DNA of 63,843 nucleotides, the filler included, from Octopus bimaculoides (Eukaryota): NCBI RefSeq assembly GCF_001194135.2. It is 5 parts of 5 records of this genome, joined end to end, with 100 filler letters (N's around TTAATTAATTAA, not from the genome) between each part and the next. Parts side by side here need not be neighbours in the genome. Positions count along the whole stretch, not along the records: positions 11,838 to 21,258 come from NC_068993.1; positions 21,359 to 35,058 come from NC_068991.1; 3 more parts are not named here. The stretch is one strand, 5' to 3'. The position numbers and the translations under genes are program-made. Numbering within the stretch: the stretch's first letter is position 1; the number at the start of each line of letters is the position of its first letter. The notes under the pieces are model-generated. The model was given only the letters and a program-made list of their open reading frames with translations, had not been told where the DNA came from and searched no databases. Of this stretch, positions 13,245 through 26,937 are shown in pieces.

Positions 13245-13295
<51 letters not shown>

Positions 13296-14619
13296 TTATC
13301 GTATACATACATATGTATATATATATATAGATATATATATATATATATATAAAAGGAAATTGTATATTTAATTGCTATTTTTCCTGTTATTCCATTTTTT
13401 TTTTTCTATCATGAAATATCTCACAATCACCGCACATCCAATGCATTTTTGACTGAAATCTGATGTAAAAAATAACCCCAATAACCATATCACTGTTTGA
13501 CACATACAGGAAGCATTGATGTATATTCCTAAATCTACGAACTGATCTATTTAAGCTGTCATATGACACAATGTTCTAAATGGAATTAATAAATTAACTT
13601 ATGTATAAGCATAAAGGAAAAAGAAAGTTTTCTTTCAAATTTTTCTTTTTAAAATAATATATTCCGGCCATATTTAAATTTATGTTTTCTATAATTTGAA
13701 AACAATTTTGTTTTTATTAAAAAAAAAAAAAAATTAATGTAAGAAAATGGAATTGTTTTTATTTATTTTTTTATATATTTAGTTATTTATTTTCATGTGC
13801 TTTGTCTCACTGATATTTAAAAAAGTATGTGTAGATGTATTTATTGATATGGTGACTTAGACTTTTGAATAGTTTTAATTTCTGATTACATATGTTAAAC
13901 ATGAAAAATTAAGGGCAGATTCAAAAAGAATTAAATAATTCTAAAACTTACAGCATAGCTGCTTTAATCACAACAATTTGAGCATAATGGTAATTCTTTA
14001 ACAAATTCTATAAGTTTCAAAGTAAATATCAGACTCAGTTGGAACGACATATACACAAGATTTTTGCACATGGTTGAGCAGAAGGATTGTCTTCACAGAT
14101 ATTTCTCCTGCAGATATCTTTGAAGAATTTGTTGTGTTATGTGCCTAGGTAAAGTCAGTCTGGTGATGGTAATGTTTTTCTATGCAAATTCCTTGAAGTG
14201 GATTTAAGGGAAACAGTACAAAATAATGAAGAACTAATTGCATCGAGATGCGTTCTCATTGCTAAAAGCAATGAACCATGTCTTCAAGGACGTGTTGCAA
14301 TCATTGACTTGTTGAATCACGAATCTTTGCCAGAGAAATTAACACAGAATCAGTGAGTGGATATGCTCTAAGGATCTTTTCACTGATATAAATTGATCCC
14401 TTATTCATTCAGACAGCTACAAAAATATCCTAAAAAATAATCTGCTTGGGAAGAAAAAGAAAACAAACCATGACAATTATTTTTTTTCCCTTTCAGTAGA
14501 AAGAATTGTCAAAATTTCTTTTTAAAGATATTTTGACCATTCTTGGGGATATTTCTATAGAAATCCATCTGTATGATTTATCAGTGAAATTATGAACAAA
14601 TCATTTCTCTATTTAATTG

Positions 14620-14838
14620 CTTTGATAACGACCTGCCTAACCTGGCTCCATGATGCAAACTTCTCATTTTAAAGAAATCTAAATTAAAAATCTTTCATCG
14701 AAATTCCATATTAATTCATGTTCCAAACATCGGCTTAATAAGGACAAAATTATTTTACTAAATTTTCCAATATTTTCAAAATTAATTGAACCAAAAAGGC
14801 AGTGTATTTTAACAGAAATATGATGAGAAAAGGGTTAA
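14620..14838. mobile_element. Non-autonomous DNA element with AAAGGG|TTAA end (piggyBac-like MITE fragment)
   Basis: Ends GCAGTGTATTTTAACAGAAATATGATGAGAAAAGGGTTAA. A related copy lies in the opposite orientation at about 33450-33650. Confidence 0.5.
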
Positions 14839-15240
14839 GTGGTTGATGCCAATATTGGCTTGAACAACAGACAAAAAAATTTCAATTTCAACCAGCTTCA
14901 AAATATCTTAATTTTGGTAAATTTATTCAAAATGGCACCATAAGTGTTCATATGCTTTATATATTAGAAGCTCAAAATATCTAAAAAGGATCTGCCTTAA
15001 TAAATTTTATTCTACTTTTTTTACTCAAGTAGGTGAGAATACATTCCTATATTTAATTCTATCGTACATAATTCTATTACAGACCCTTTATTAACCCGCC
15101 ATTTTCCCAATCCTTAATTTTACCTTTTTAATTTTAGTCCCCTACCTATAGCATTTTTAAAAAGATATTTTCATTATGGTTACAGATATCAAAGTGAAGC
15201 AAAAACAGTCATTTACAGATTTTAACCATTTTTTACCACA

Positions 15241-15321
<81 letters not shown>

Positions 15322-15505
15322 CACATTTTATTTGTGGGTTAAGAAGGGCTGTCAATGCTTTCATGTAATGAGAGATTTTTATATGAAACCATTGGTAGCC
15401 TTTATTTACCCACAAACAAAAAGCTTTTATCCACCAATGCTGTGTTGAGCATGTATTTTCACTGTTCGATATTATAGTGTGCGTATGTGTGTGCGTGTGT
15501 GTGTG

Positions 15506-15553
<48 letters not shown>

Positions 15554-15663
15554 TGTATATATACACAAACATATATGCACACACACACACACACATATAT
15601 ACCGTTTTGCTGACTGTCAGAAGAAGGAGTACTCAATCACATAGTCAAGATTGATAACAATTT

Positions 15664-15809
15664 TTCTTTGATTGAATTAGTCTCTTGCTACTCTGAGTTT
15701 CACCTCTGGGTACATAGGACCTTTAGACAAGTTATGACTGATGACCTTCTGTACCTACCTACCCATCAGTGGAATTCAAAGTAGCAAGAGACTAACCAGA
15801 TCAAAAGAA
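15664..15809. repeat. Small inverted-repeat element (MITE-like)
   Basis: About 40-bp arms: TTCTTTGATTGAATTAGTCTCTTGCTACTCTGAGTTTCAC / GTGGAATTCAAAGTAGCAAGAGACTAACCAGATCAAAAGAA. Confidence 0.7.
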
Positions 15810-17169
15810 TGTGTGTGTGTGTGTGTATGTGTGTGTGCACATGTGCACACATGTATACTTACACAAATATAATAACAGTACTTATGTAAATTAAAAGTTG
15901 TGTAAAAGAAGAACATGTATTTGAAACAGGTTTAGTTTCACTTTCAATTTGGATATTTCATGATTTCTCAATACTCTGACATTTGCTCAAAACACAATCA
16001 ATCCCAAATAATAAAAAAAAACAAAAAAAAATGCTTAAACCTGGCAGAACTCATCTGTCTCCAAGATTAAACATAGACTGTATATATTCCAGAGGCAAAA
16101 GAGATACTGAAATAAAAAGTCGATGGGAAGAAGGAAATCAACCTCAGCATTGGAGAGGTTTCTATCAATCAAACTGGAAAGGATGAAAGGCAAGAGTGGT
16201 CTCAGCTGGGTTTGAACTCAGAATGCAGAAATCCAGAACAAATTTCCCCCCAAACATGCCATCCAATGTTTTAATGACTATGCCAACTGCCTGCCCCAAG
16301 TAGGCAGGGAGACAGTGCCAACTGAAGCCCAATATTTGGTGAAACCCAAACCTTTATAAGGTCTGGAGGCTCCTTGTTGTATAATTACATTGGAATGTCC
16401 CACAAACATCTTTTAATTATTTTAATTATATTAAGGTGTGGAGGTGGAATGTGAGACCCTAAAATGTAGTTTGTTTAGTTTATACTAGTACCCAGGATTA
16501 CACGTAGACCTCTCCATAGAGATCAAAGAGAGGGGAAGAGAGAGGGAGAAGATAATGTTGCAGCATTAATGCTTTTCCTAAAAATATCAGTGATTCATAT
16601 AAAAGGAAGCTAATTCATCCAACATGCAAGGAATAGCAGACAGCACTTCCTCCATTCATACCATCCCATCCTTATATATATATATATNNNNNNNNNNNNN
16701 NNNNNNNNNNNNNNNNNNNNNNNNNNNNNNNNNNNNNNNNNNNNNNNNNNNNNNNNNNNNNNNNNNNNNNNNNNNNNNNNNNNNNNNNNNNNNNNNNNNN
16801 NNNNNNNNNNNNNNNNNNNNNNNNNNNNNNNNNNNNNNNNNNNNNNNNNNNNNNNNNNNNNNNNNNNNNNNNNNNNNNNNNNNNNNNNNNNNNNNNNNNN
16901 NNNNNNNNNNNNNNNNNNNNNNNNNNNNNNNNNNNNNNNNNNNNNNNNNNNNNNNNNNNNNNNNNNNNNNNNNNNNNNNNNNNNNNNNNNNNNNNNNNNN
17001 NNNNNNNNNNNNNNNNNNNNNNNNNNNNNNNNNNNNNNNNNNNNNNNNNNNNNNNNNNNNNNNNNNNNNNNNNNNNNNNNNNNNNNNNNNNNNNNNNNNN
17101 NNNNNNNNNNNNNNNNNNNNNNNNNNNNNNNNNNNNNNNNNNNNNNNNNNNNNNNNNNNNNNNNNNNNN

Positions 17170-17213
<44 letters not shown>

Positions 17214-17858
17214 TGTGTGTGTGTATCAGAATAATTGCCATATCATCAGAAAAGTATATTATTGTGCTTATTTATAAATGACTTAACTTCTGAAGACACA
17301 AAAAATTCTTGGAGGAAACGGTATTAGAAAATGCACAGAATACACCTTGTAAAATGGTCAGTGATAAGAAGGACATTCACCCATGGGGACAATGCCAAAA
17401 AAGGGAATATACAAGCGAGACATGGTTCCATGAAGCCATGTCATAAAGACCTTTGAGCAAGGAATCCAGTAATTTTAACCACTAAACCAATCCAAAATAT
17501 TCTTTAGGAATGATATGATTTTCAAAGTGATATTCTTTGCAAGAAACATTAAAAAATTTTCTTTGTTTAATTATTTTTCCATTCCCTTTATAAATTAAAA
17601 TGATGATTAATTTTGCTAACAAATTGTTTTACAATTTTCCATTATTCTGTTTGAAATTAAATTAGAATTCAATTATTATCAATGAGATTGCAAAATAAAT
17701 ATTAGCACTTGCACTTTTTCAATTTATCAACACCAACTTTTCCATTAGCAAGATTTTTAAATCCCTCATCATCTAAACATTTAACATTTGTATTGAGAAT
17801 ATATCAAATTATACACCATGGAATTTAAATACATACATAAGCACATATATACATACAT

Positions 17859-17957
<99 letters not shown>

Positions 17958-18050
17958 TGCACGCATATAAAGACAAGCTTATAAATTGATAAATATATAC
18001 GTATATAAATATATATATAAACTATATATATATATAATCACACATACATA

Positions 18051-18126
<76 letters not shown>

Positions 18127-18661
18127 TATACATGCACACATTCGTGCACTCATGCACACACACATGCGTGCATATTACAGGTGAAAACCTTTTATTCAAA
18201 ATCATTTCTTTATTATAGTGTTTATTATCAATTGGTGTGATTTAAAAGCAATTCCAGAGTTCTCTTAAATGATATTGAATTTCTGTAGGAGATATTACAT
18301 TGATAGCAGCATTTGAGAAAAGGAGCTAAACTAAAGAATCCTAACTCTTCTAATGGACTTGGAATCATCAAAGACAACCACTTACCAAATGTTTGGAATA
18401 TTTTATTGCATCATGTAAAGGATTAAGATAAGCAGTACAAAGATATAAAGATCACATTTGTTCGATAATTATCTATGCCTAAAATTAATTGTGTGTATAT
18501 GTATGTGTATACATGTGTGTGTAGAAAGTAGCATACATTACATTACTCCCCCTTTTGTCAGGCTCTCCTGCACATACATAATCATACACCTACATATATA
18601 CATACATACAGGCATATATATATATATATATTTTTATATTTATATACATATATAATAGAAA

Positions 18662-19042
18662 CAATGGATATGGAAGATAGAACTTTATTTATCACAATGA
18701 TCATTTCGACATATCCTGTATCATTCTGTATCTCACAGGTGAGAAACTATGCTACGAATTATAGTGCATCTCGTCAGGTGATGTAACACAGTTTCTCTGG
18801 CATTCCTTCTCAATGTATTTTAGATACAACTGCTATCAACATGCTCTTGTTGAGATTAAGAGCGAAACATTACTTATGTTATGAGAAACTTTGATGCGTC
18901 ACCTGGCAAGATGCTTCTGCACCATGGGTGCACCATAATTCATTGCATAGTTTCCCACCTGCAAAGGAGCAATGCAGGATGTGTCAAAACGATTGTTGTG
19001 ATAAATAAAGTTTCCAGTATATTCTATCTTACATCTTTATTG
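18662..19042. mobile_element. MITE / foldback element with long imperfect terminal inverted repeats
   Basis: AACTTTATTTATCACAATGATCATTTCGACATATCCTG..CAGGTGAGAAACTATGC pairs with GCATAGTTTCCCACCTG..CAGGATGTGTCAAAACGATTGTTGTGATAAATAAAGTT. Confidence 0.75.
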
Positions 19043-19737
19043 TTTCTGCTATGCTCAACACGCACTGAGGAATTCCTAATGTAGATCCAGCAACTACTGT
19101 GCCATTACCATGGACAACACCAGGTAACCATAGGCAGTGAACGTGCTTTATCACATGGGATGCATCTGGTTGCACACTCAGTATAAGATGGAGAAAAGAA
19201 TGGGTGTATAATGTTTCGAGCATGGCTCTTTGTCAGAAAGGGAAGAAAGGGATGGTCTGGAGAAGGAATGTGAGTGTGTGTGTGTGTGTGTGTGTGTGGA
19301 CCAAGTTATAGCTAAGTTGTTAAGAGGTTTGCTTAACAACTGTGAGGCCTTGGGTTCAATTACACAATATGTCCTCTTTGAGAGTAATGGCTGGACACAA
19401 TATGGGGGGGTGAGTGAGTTGTATGATTCTGAGTGGAAGTTGCACGTCACACATCACTACCCGATTCCACAGAGCAGAAAGCATTGAACTGTAATGGCAG
19501 TAGCAGAGAGAGAGAGAGAGAGACAGAGAGAGGGTGGGGGAGAGAAAATGAAACAGAGTCTGAGACAGACAGACTGTCAGACAGGCAGGTAGGCAGGCAT
19601 ACCCCATCAGCAAGCCAGGGACTGATGTGTGATGGTGAATGACATATGCCAATTAAATGATTAATTACAATTTGCATATGATTATTACTTTAGAAATAAA
19701 ACATTTTTTACATTTTTATGCATGATTATTATCAGTT

Positions 19738-19787
<50 letters not shown>

Positions 19788-21258
19788 NNNNNNNNNNNNN
19801 NNNNNNNNNNNNNNNNNNNNNNNNNNNNNNNNNNNNNNNNNNNNNNNNNNNNNNNNNNNNNNNNNNNNNNNNNNNNNNNNNNNNNNNNNNNNNNNNNNNN
19901 NNNNNNNNNNNNNNNNNNNNNNNNNNNNNNNNNNNNNNNNNNNNNNNNNNNNNNNNNNNNNNNNNNNNNNNNNNNNNNNNNNNNNNNNNNNNNNNNNNNN
20001 NNNNNNNNNNNNNNNNNNNNNNNNNNNNNNNNNNNNNNNNNNNNNNNNNNNNNNNNNNNNNNNNNNNNNNNNNNNNNNNNNNNNNNNNNNNNNNNNNNNN
20101 NNNNNNNNNNNNNNNNNNNNNNNNNNNNNNNNNNNNNNNNNNNNNNNNNNNNNNNNNNNNNNNNNNNNNNNNNNNNNNNNNNNNNNNNNNNNNNNNNNNN
20201 NNNNNNNNNNNNNNNNNNNNNNNNNNNNNNNNNNNNNNNNNNNNNNNNNNNNNNNNNNNNNNNNNNNNNNNNNNNNNNNNNNNNNNNNNNNNNNNNNNNN
20301 NNNNNNNNNNNNNNNNNNNNNNNNNNNNNNNNNNNNNNNNNNNNNNNNNNNNNNNNNNNNNNNNNNNNNNNNNNNNNNNNNNNNNNNNNNNNNNNNNNNN
20401 NNNNNNNNNNNNNNNNNNNNNNNNNNNNNNNNNNNNNNNNNNNNNNNNNNNNNNNNNNNNNNNNNNNNNNNNNNNNNNNNNNNNNNNNNNNNNNNNNNNN
20501 NNNNNNNNNNNNNNNNNNNNNNNNNNNNNNNNNNNNNNNNNNNNNNNNNNNNNNNNNNNNNNNNNNNNNNNNNNNNNNNNNNNNNNNNNNNNNNNNNNNN
20601 NNNNNNNNNNNNNNNNNNNNNNNNNNNNNNNNNNNNNNNNNNNNNNNNNNNNNNNNNNNNNNNNNNNNNNNNNNNNNNNNNNNNNNNNNNNNNNNNNNNN
20701 NNNNNNNNNNNNNNNNNNNNNNNNNNNNNNNNNNNNNNNGCGAAAAAATAAAAACTGAAGGCCACAGACAATAAAATAAGCTACTTTTTTTAACGTCATT
20801 CATTTGTAGAAATAGCATTCATTGTAAAACTTCTAAGAGAAGGTTAAATATAAATACATTCTGGAGATATTTTAGTTTATAACTTTTTTCTAATTGTTTA
20901 CATCGAAACTGAAATTTTTAATTAGAAATGAAATTACAATTGCTTTTAGAACTTTTTTTTTTTTTTTTAAAGCGAAAGGTCTACTCTATCATTACAGGAA
21001 AAATATCCCACCAAACAACACAAAATATGTATTAGAGATGTTGGTAAATAATAGTAAAGGGATCTTTGTAAGACATTACATTGAAAGCTGAACATTTTAA
21101 GAATTGCAAGCTGAGTTTGAAGAAAGTACTTATGCATATATATATATATATGCATATATGTGTATATACATACACATGTATATATATATATAGAGAGAGA
21201 GATAGATAGATAGATATACATACATGTATATAAATATATTTATATATATATATATATA

Positions 21259-21358
21259 NNNNNNNNNNNNNNNNNNNNNNNNNNNNNNNNNNNNNNNNNN
21301 NNTTAATTAATTAANNNNNNNNNNNNNNNNNNNNNNNNNNNNNNNNNNNNNNNNNNNN
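21259..21358. other. Artificial scaffold-joining spacer
   Basis: 44 N + TTAATTAATTAA + 44 N. Confidence 0.97.
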
Positions 21359-21779
21359 AGCGGAACGCATGTAGATTTTTTTTTTTTTTAGTTATTAATT
21401 ATTCAGACATCATAGTGCATCTAGGTTAGAGGAATGCAGCAAAAGCAGCTATTACACATCCATACACACACACAAACAAAAAAAAACATTCATACAAAAA
21501 AACAAAGATTTAACAAAAAATAAATTTAGCTCATGAATACATATGCATGCATCTAGACATGAAAATATATACATAAAAACGCATCCATAAAACAAACATA
21601 CAAATACTGCACACACATATGCACAAATACCTAGATGATGTTGATAAAAGTTCCAATGAAGGAGCCTTGAATCTGTTAGAGTTCGGCTCTTTCTCTGTGA
21701 ACAAGAAATGCAGAAATGAAACTGATTGATAATATCATAAGGCTTGGAAGGCAGTTCCTTCAGCAGCATTCCTTGTGTG

Positions 21780-22170
21780 ATAATCTTGAATACATGCCCA
21801 AAGAAGTCGCACGTGTTTACCGCAACATAAAATCGGTGAAAGGAAGAGCAAGTTTGAGCGAAAGACCATGCATGGATATGTTAGAAAGAAGAAAGCTCAG
21901 AGATGATAGTAACATTGATCCCCAAAGCAGTCTCTCATAGAGCAACACTGAACTATTGAGCAATCTGCAGTTACTTTATCCAAATAACAAGCTCTGGTTT
22001 ATATCTGTTATTATTGGGGCATTAGGGAATGTAACACATAGCTTAAATACCAATCCTGAGAGATCAGATTTCTCAAAGCCAGAAACAGGAAAGCTGTTTT
22101 GAAGACTACAGATCCAATCTAACATTGGAGATATAAAAATCTCTAGAAATTTCCAGAACTTTATCATTTA
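21780..22170 (+). mobile_element. Decayed RLE-type non-LTR retrotransposon 3' end
   Basis: Translation TELLSNLQLLYPNNKLWFISVIIGALGNVTHSLNTN..*RLQIQSNIGDIKISRNF fits the C-terminus of restriction-endonuclease-type LINEs (IIGALG motif). Contains stops and frameshifts. Confidence 0.6.
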
Positions 22171-22233
22171 AGTATATATGAAATTAAATGAATGAAAATA
22201 CATACATTAAAAACAAAACATGCATATCTATAT

Positions 22234-22264
<31 letters not shown>

Positions 22265-23481
22265 CATACAGACAGACATACATACGTACACACATGCATA
22301 CATACATGCACACACACACACATATATATATATATAATAATAATATTTGGGACAAAATCCAAAATTACAGGTAAAAACTCAATTAAAATTAATTTATAAA
22401 AAATTAAAATTAAATTGAGCTTTATAGATTATAATATATATATAGTTTTAGGGAAAAGAACCAAGTTTCAAGAACTCATCGATGAAAATCCACTATCACA
22501 TATAGAAAAATTAATAACTAAAAGCACAATATCTTATATTTACTTTATATTATACTCATTTATTGTACTNNNNNNNNNNNNNNNNNNNNNNNNNNNNNNN
22601 NNNNNNNNNNNNNNNNNNNNNNNNNNNNNNNNNNNNNNNNNNNNNNNNNNNNNNNNNNNNNNNNNNNNNNNNNNNNNNNNNNNNNNNNNNNNNNNNNNNN
22701 NNNNNNNNNNNNNNNNNNNNNNNNNNNNNNNNNNNNNNNNNNNNNNNNNNNNNNNNNNNNNNNNNNNNNNNNNNNNNNNNNNNNNNNNNNNNNNNNNNNN
22801 NNNNNNNNNNNNNNNNNNNNNNNNNNNNNNNNNNNNNNNNNNNNNNNNNNNNNNNNNNNNNNNNNNNNNNNNNNNNNNNNNNNNNNNNNNNNNNNNNNNN
22901 NNNNNNNNNNNNNNNNNNNNNNNNNNNNNNNNNNNNNNNNNNNNNNNNNNNNNNNNNNNNNNNNNNNNNNNNNNNNNNNNNNNNNNNNNNNNNNNNNNNN
23001 NNNNNNNNNNNNNNNNNNNNNNNNNNNNNNNNNNNNNNNNNNNNNNNNNNNNNNNNNNNNNNNNNNNNNNNNNNNNNNNNNNNNNNNNNNNNNNNNNNNN
23101 NNNNNNNNNNNNNNNNNNNNNNNNNNNNNNNNNNNNNNNNNNNNNNNNNNNNNNNNNNNNNNNNNNNNNNNNNNNNNNNNNNNNNNNNNNNNNNNNNNNN
23201 NNNNNNNNNNNNNNNNNNNNNNNNNNNNNNNNNNNNNNNNNNNNNNNNNNNNNNNNNNNNNNNNNNNNNNNNNNNNNNNNNNNNNNNNNNNNNNNNNNNN
23301 NNNNNNNNNNNNNNNNNNNNNNNNNNNNNNNNNNNNNNNNNNNNNNNNNNNNNNNNNNNNNNNNNNNNNNNNNNNNNNNNNNNNNNNNNNNNNNNNNNNN
23401 NNNNNNNNNNNNNNNNNNNNNNNNNNNNNNNNNNNNNNNNNNNNNNNNNNNNNNNNNNNNNNNNNNNNNNNNNNNNNNNNN

Positions 23482-23786
23482 GTGCAAGTGGTTGAGCACT
23501 CCACAGACACGTGTACCCTTAACGTAGTTCTCGGGGATATTCAGCGTGACACAGTGTGACAAGGCTGACCCTTTGAATTACAGGCACAACAGAAACAGGA
23601 AGTAAGAGTGAGAGAAAGTTGTGGTGGAAGAGTACAGCAGGGTTCGCCACCATCCCCTGCTGGAGCCTCGTGGAGCTTTAGGTGTTTTCGGTCAATAAAC
23701 ACTCACAACGCCCGGTCTCGGAATCGAAACCGCGATCTTATGACCACGAATCCGCTGCCATAACCACTGGGCCATTGCGCCTCCAC
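23482..23786 (-). mobile_element. SINE family B with intact tRNA-like head
   Basis: Minus strand head GTGGAGGCGCAATGGCCCAGTGGTTATGGCAGCGG..GGTTTCGATTCCG (A and B boxes). Confidence 0.85.
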
Positions 23787-24121
23787 TACATTCATCAATA
23801 CATACATGCATACATACATAAATACGTACATACAAAAATACGCACATAATAAATACATACATACATAAATATATACATACATGCATGTATACATGCATAC
23901 ATATGTACATAAATACATACATGCATACATACATACATAAATACGCACATACATACATACATACATACATAAATGCATATATAAATAGATACATATATAC
24001 ATACATGCATACATAAATATATATATATACANNNNNNNNNNGTACATAAATAAGTATATACATAAAGACGTACATACATAAATACCTAATGTCTTTAATC
24101 CTTTGAACATGAAAAAAGTAA

Positions 24122-24629
24122 ATATCATCATCATCATCATCATCGTTTAACGTCCGCTTTCCATGCTAGCATGGGTTGGACGATTTGGCTGAGGACTGGT
24201 GAAACCGGATGGCAACACCAGCCTCCAATCTGATTTGGCAGAGTTTCTACAGCTGGATGCCCTTCCTAACGCCAATTAACTCAAAATGTTATTACTATTA
24301 ACTGCAGAAAGCAGTTTTACCCCATGGCTTTGAAAAAACCTTTTATGAAGTGAGAAGCAGAACCCCACCCCCCAGTGACACTTATTACAAAAGTTAGTAT
24401 TTCAGATTTTCTTAATTTCATCAAATATCTCTTTGCAGAACAAGAATCAAACGGTTTCAGAAGCAAAAAATATCAATTTTGTAAAAGCACACATTACACT
24501 CTCAGTGGTTGGTGTTAGGAAGGGCATCCAGCCATAAAATACCATGCCAAATCAGACTGGAGTCTGGTGCAGCCTTCCAGCATGCTAGCCCAGTCAAAGC
24601 CATCTAACCCATGCCAGCATGGACTGATG

Positions 24630-24662
<33 letters not shown>

Positions 24663-24866
24663 GTTTAACGTCCGCTTTCCATGCTAGCATGGGTTGGACG
24701 ATTTGACTGAGGACTGGTGAAACCGGATGGCAACACCAGGCTCCAGTCTGATTTGGCAGAGTTTCTACAGCTGGATGCCCTTCCTAACGCCAACCACTCA
24801 GAGAGTGTAGTGGGTGCTTTTACGTGTCACCCGCACGAAAACGGCCACGCTCGAAATGGTGTCTTT
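24122..24866. mobile_element. Cluster of three RTE 3'-tail fragments (-, +, -) with (GAT)n tails
   Basis: CATCATCATCGTTTAACGTCCGCTTTCCATGCTAGCATGGGTTGGACG at about 24140 and 24660 (minus). Plus-strand copy at about 24500-24630. Same tail ends the RT-bearing RTE at 30985. Confidence 0.85.
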
Positions 24867-25844
24867 NNNNNNNNNNNNNNNNNNNNNNNNNNNNNNNNNN
24901 NNNNNNNNNNNNNNNNNNNNNNNNNNNNNNNNNNNNNNNNNNNNNNNNNNNNNNNNNNNNNNNNNNNNNNNNNNNNNNNNNNNNNNNNNNNNNNNNNNNN
25001 NNNNNNNNNNNNNNNNNNNNNNNNNNNNNNNNNNNNNNNNNNNNNNNNNNNNNNNNNNNNNNNNNNNNNACGCATAACTCCATTATGGGAATGACTAAGA
25101 AATTTAATTACACAGTGCAAAGGTTAAATAAAGGATAGGCACATCAGATAATTTAGTCCTAGATATACTAAGACCGAAAGTAAATATAAGGTAATGCTTC
25201 TGTTTATAATACTATAGGAACTGATCTGACCTGAGACTAAGCAACAACACTGCAAATGGAGAAACAAAATGAATAAGAAAATAGAAAATAAATTTTAAAA
25301 ACTCAATTTTTATTCCACATATCTTTAAGAATTAAAAATAAAATTTGGGGTTTTTTTTTTTTTATAAAAATTACGACTCTGAAGAGTTAAGTTTATTTAC
25401 AAAAACATTATATTTTCATATTTCAAATTATTTTACAAATACCGAATGGTTATGATGGCTGATTGTGCACACACATATACAGACATATGTATATATTATG
25501 CAAGCGAGAGAAGTAATGAAATGCAAACATTGATGAATAACAGTAACCTACAAATGTTTTAACAAAATAAAGCAAGTGATGATATGATCTTTGATCTAGT
25601 TAGTTTCCATGTTTGTTTTTCACTGTGTGAGTGTGATAACTATGATTGCAAAGCCATAGGTAAAGGTTTCTCACAGTCAAGTTTGTCTGATTTTAAGGCA
25701 TTTGTCAACACATTTCAAGGCATGTCAACACATTTGACCAGACAAAGCTTGGCTATGGAGTTCTGAGATCCAACACATGACATTAAAATATATTAGAGAT
25801 ACATTTTAACATGCACAGCTGTTCCCAGTAGCCATTGTTGATAG

Positions 25845-25977
25845 GTTTCTCAATTGGTCTATTGACCAGTTGAGAAAAATTGAACAACCTAAAATACTAA
25901 TGCTCTCTGACAAAAATAGAATTCATTTTTTAAGTTGTTCAACTTTTTTCAACCAATCAACAGACCAATTGAGAAAC
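25845..25977. repeat. Inverted repeat, about 50-bp arms
   Basis: GTTTCTCAATTGGTCTATTGACCAGTTGAGAAAAATTGAACAACCTAAAA / TTTTAAGTTGTTCAACTTTTTTCAACCAATCAACAGACCAATTGAGAAAC. Confidence 0.75.
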
Positions 25978-26633
25978 AAACAGTAATGAACCTATGATGA
26001 CTACTGGAAACAACTGTAAGCCAAATTTACATATTTTTCCTTTCTTGGAAAAATATGTAATGACCATTATTTATACCTTGTCTTTATATATATNNNNNNN
26101 NNNNNNNNNNNNNNNNNNNNNNNNNNNNNNNNNNNNNNNNNNNNNNNNNNNNNNNNNNNNNNNNNNNNNNNNNNNNNNNNNNNNNNNNNNNNNNNNNNNN
26201 NNNNNNNNNNNNNNNNNNNNNNNNNNNNNNNNNNNNNNNNNNNNNNNNNNNNNNNNNNNNNNNNNNNNNNNNNNNNNNNNNNNNNNNNNNNNNNNNNNNN
26301 NNNNNNNNNNNNNNNNNNNNNNNNNNNNNNNNNNNNNNNNNNNNNNNNNNNNNNNNNNNNNNNNNNNNNNNNNNNNNNNNNNNNNNNNNNNNNNNNNNNN
26401 NNNNNNNNNNNNNNNNNNNNNNNNNNNNNNNNNNNNNNNNNNNNNNNNNNNNNNNNNNNNNNNNNNNNNNNNNNNNNNNNNNNNNNNNNNNNNNNNNNNN
26501 NNNNNNNNNNNNNNNNNNNNNNNNNNNNNNNNNNNNNNNNNNNNNNNNNNNNNNNNNNNNNNNNNNNNNNNNNNNNNNNNNNNNNNNNNNNNNNNNNNNA
26601 TATATATATATATAATTATGAGAAGGTTACAAT

Positions 26634-26639
26634 TTTAAT
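26634..26639 (-). promoter_or_regulatory. Candidate poly(A) signal ATTAAA for POLD1
   Basis: First AATAAA/ATTAAA-type hexamer I found on the minus strand after the stop, about 200 nt downstream. AT-rich DNA makes chance hits likely. Confidence 0.25.
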
Positions 26640-26840
26640 ATCACAGATCCCTATGGATCACATAGGTTGTAATCCTTTGAAACATATGTAGGAATAAAGA
26701 ATGCAATTATAACATGCATTTTCTCCACACACACACACACATATATACACATACATGAAAGGCAAACAATGAAAACGTAGACCATATAAACCAGATGAGT
26801 ATTTAGATAAGTGTATAAACTCTTAGAGCTCAATGAGAAG

Positions 26841-26937
26841 CTACCAATCTATGTGACCAAAGCGATGTAGCAGTTTACCTTGGTCAGACACATCTTTCTG
26901 AACTTTTTTTCTCATGTAGAAGATTGGACAATCTTGA
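26841..26937 (-). CDS. POLD1: DNA polymerase delta catalytic subunit, terminal coding exon
   Basis: TTTTCTTTTCCAG acceptor, phase 2. (S)[31 protein letters not shown] with TAG at 26843-26841. Not in the ORF track. Confidence 0.96.

Noticed and set aside
14050-14450. Possible highly decayed mariner N-terminus
   Set aside because: Only faint motif resemblance, not supportable without a profile search.
19085-19123. Possible 39-bp next protocadherin exon (DPATTVPLPWTTP)
   Set aside because: Phase is compatible, but the donor is weak, there is no recognisable homology, and it abuts a MITE.
21716-21940. 74-aa ORF as a host gene downstream of POLD1
   Set aside because: It runs into a decayed RLE LINE tail and shows no recognisable domain.
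23700-23786. tRNA gene
   Set aside because: The tRNA-like head continues into SINE body sequence and I could not see a complete cloverleaf acceptor stem. The same applies to the other SINE heads.
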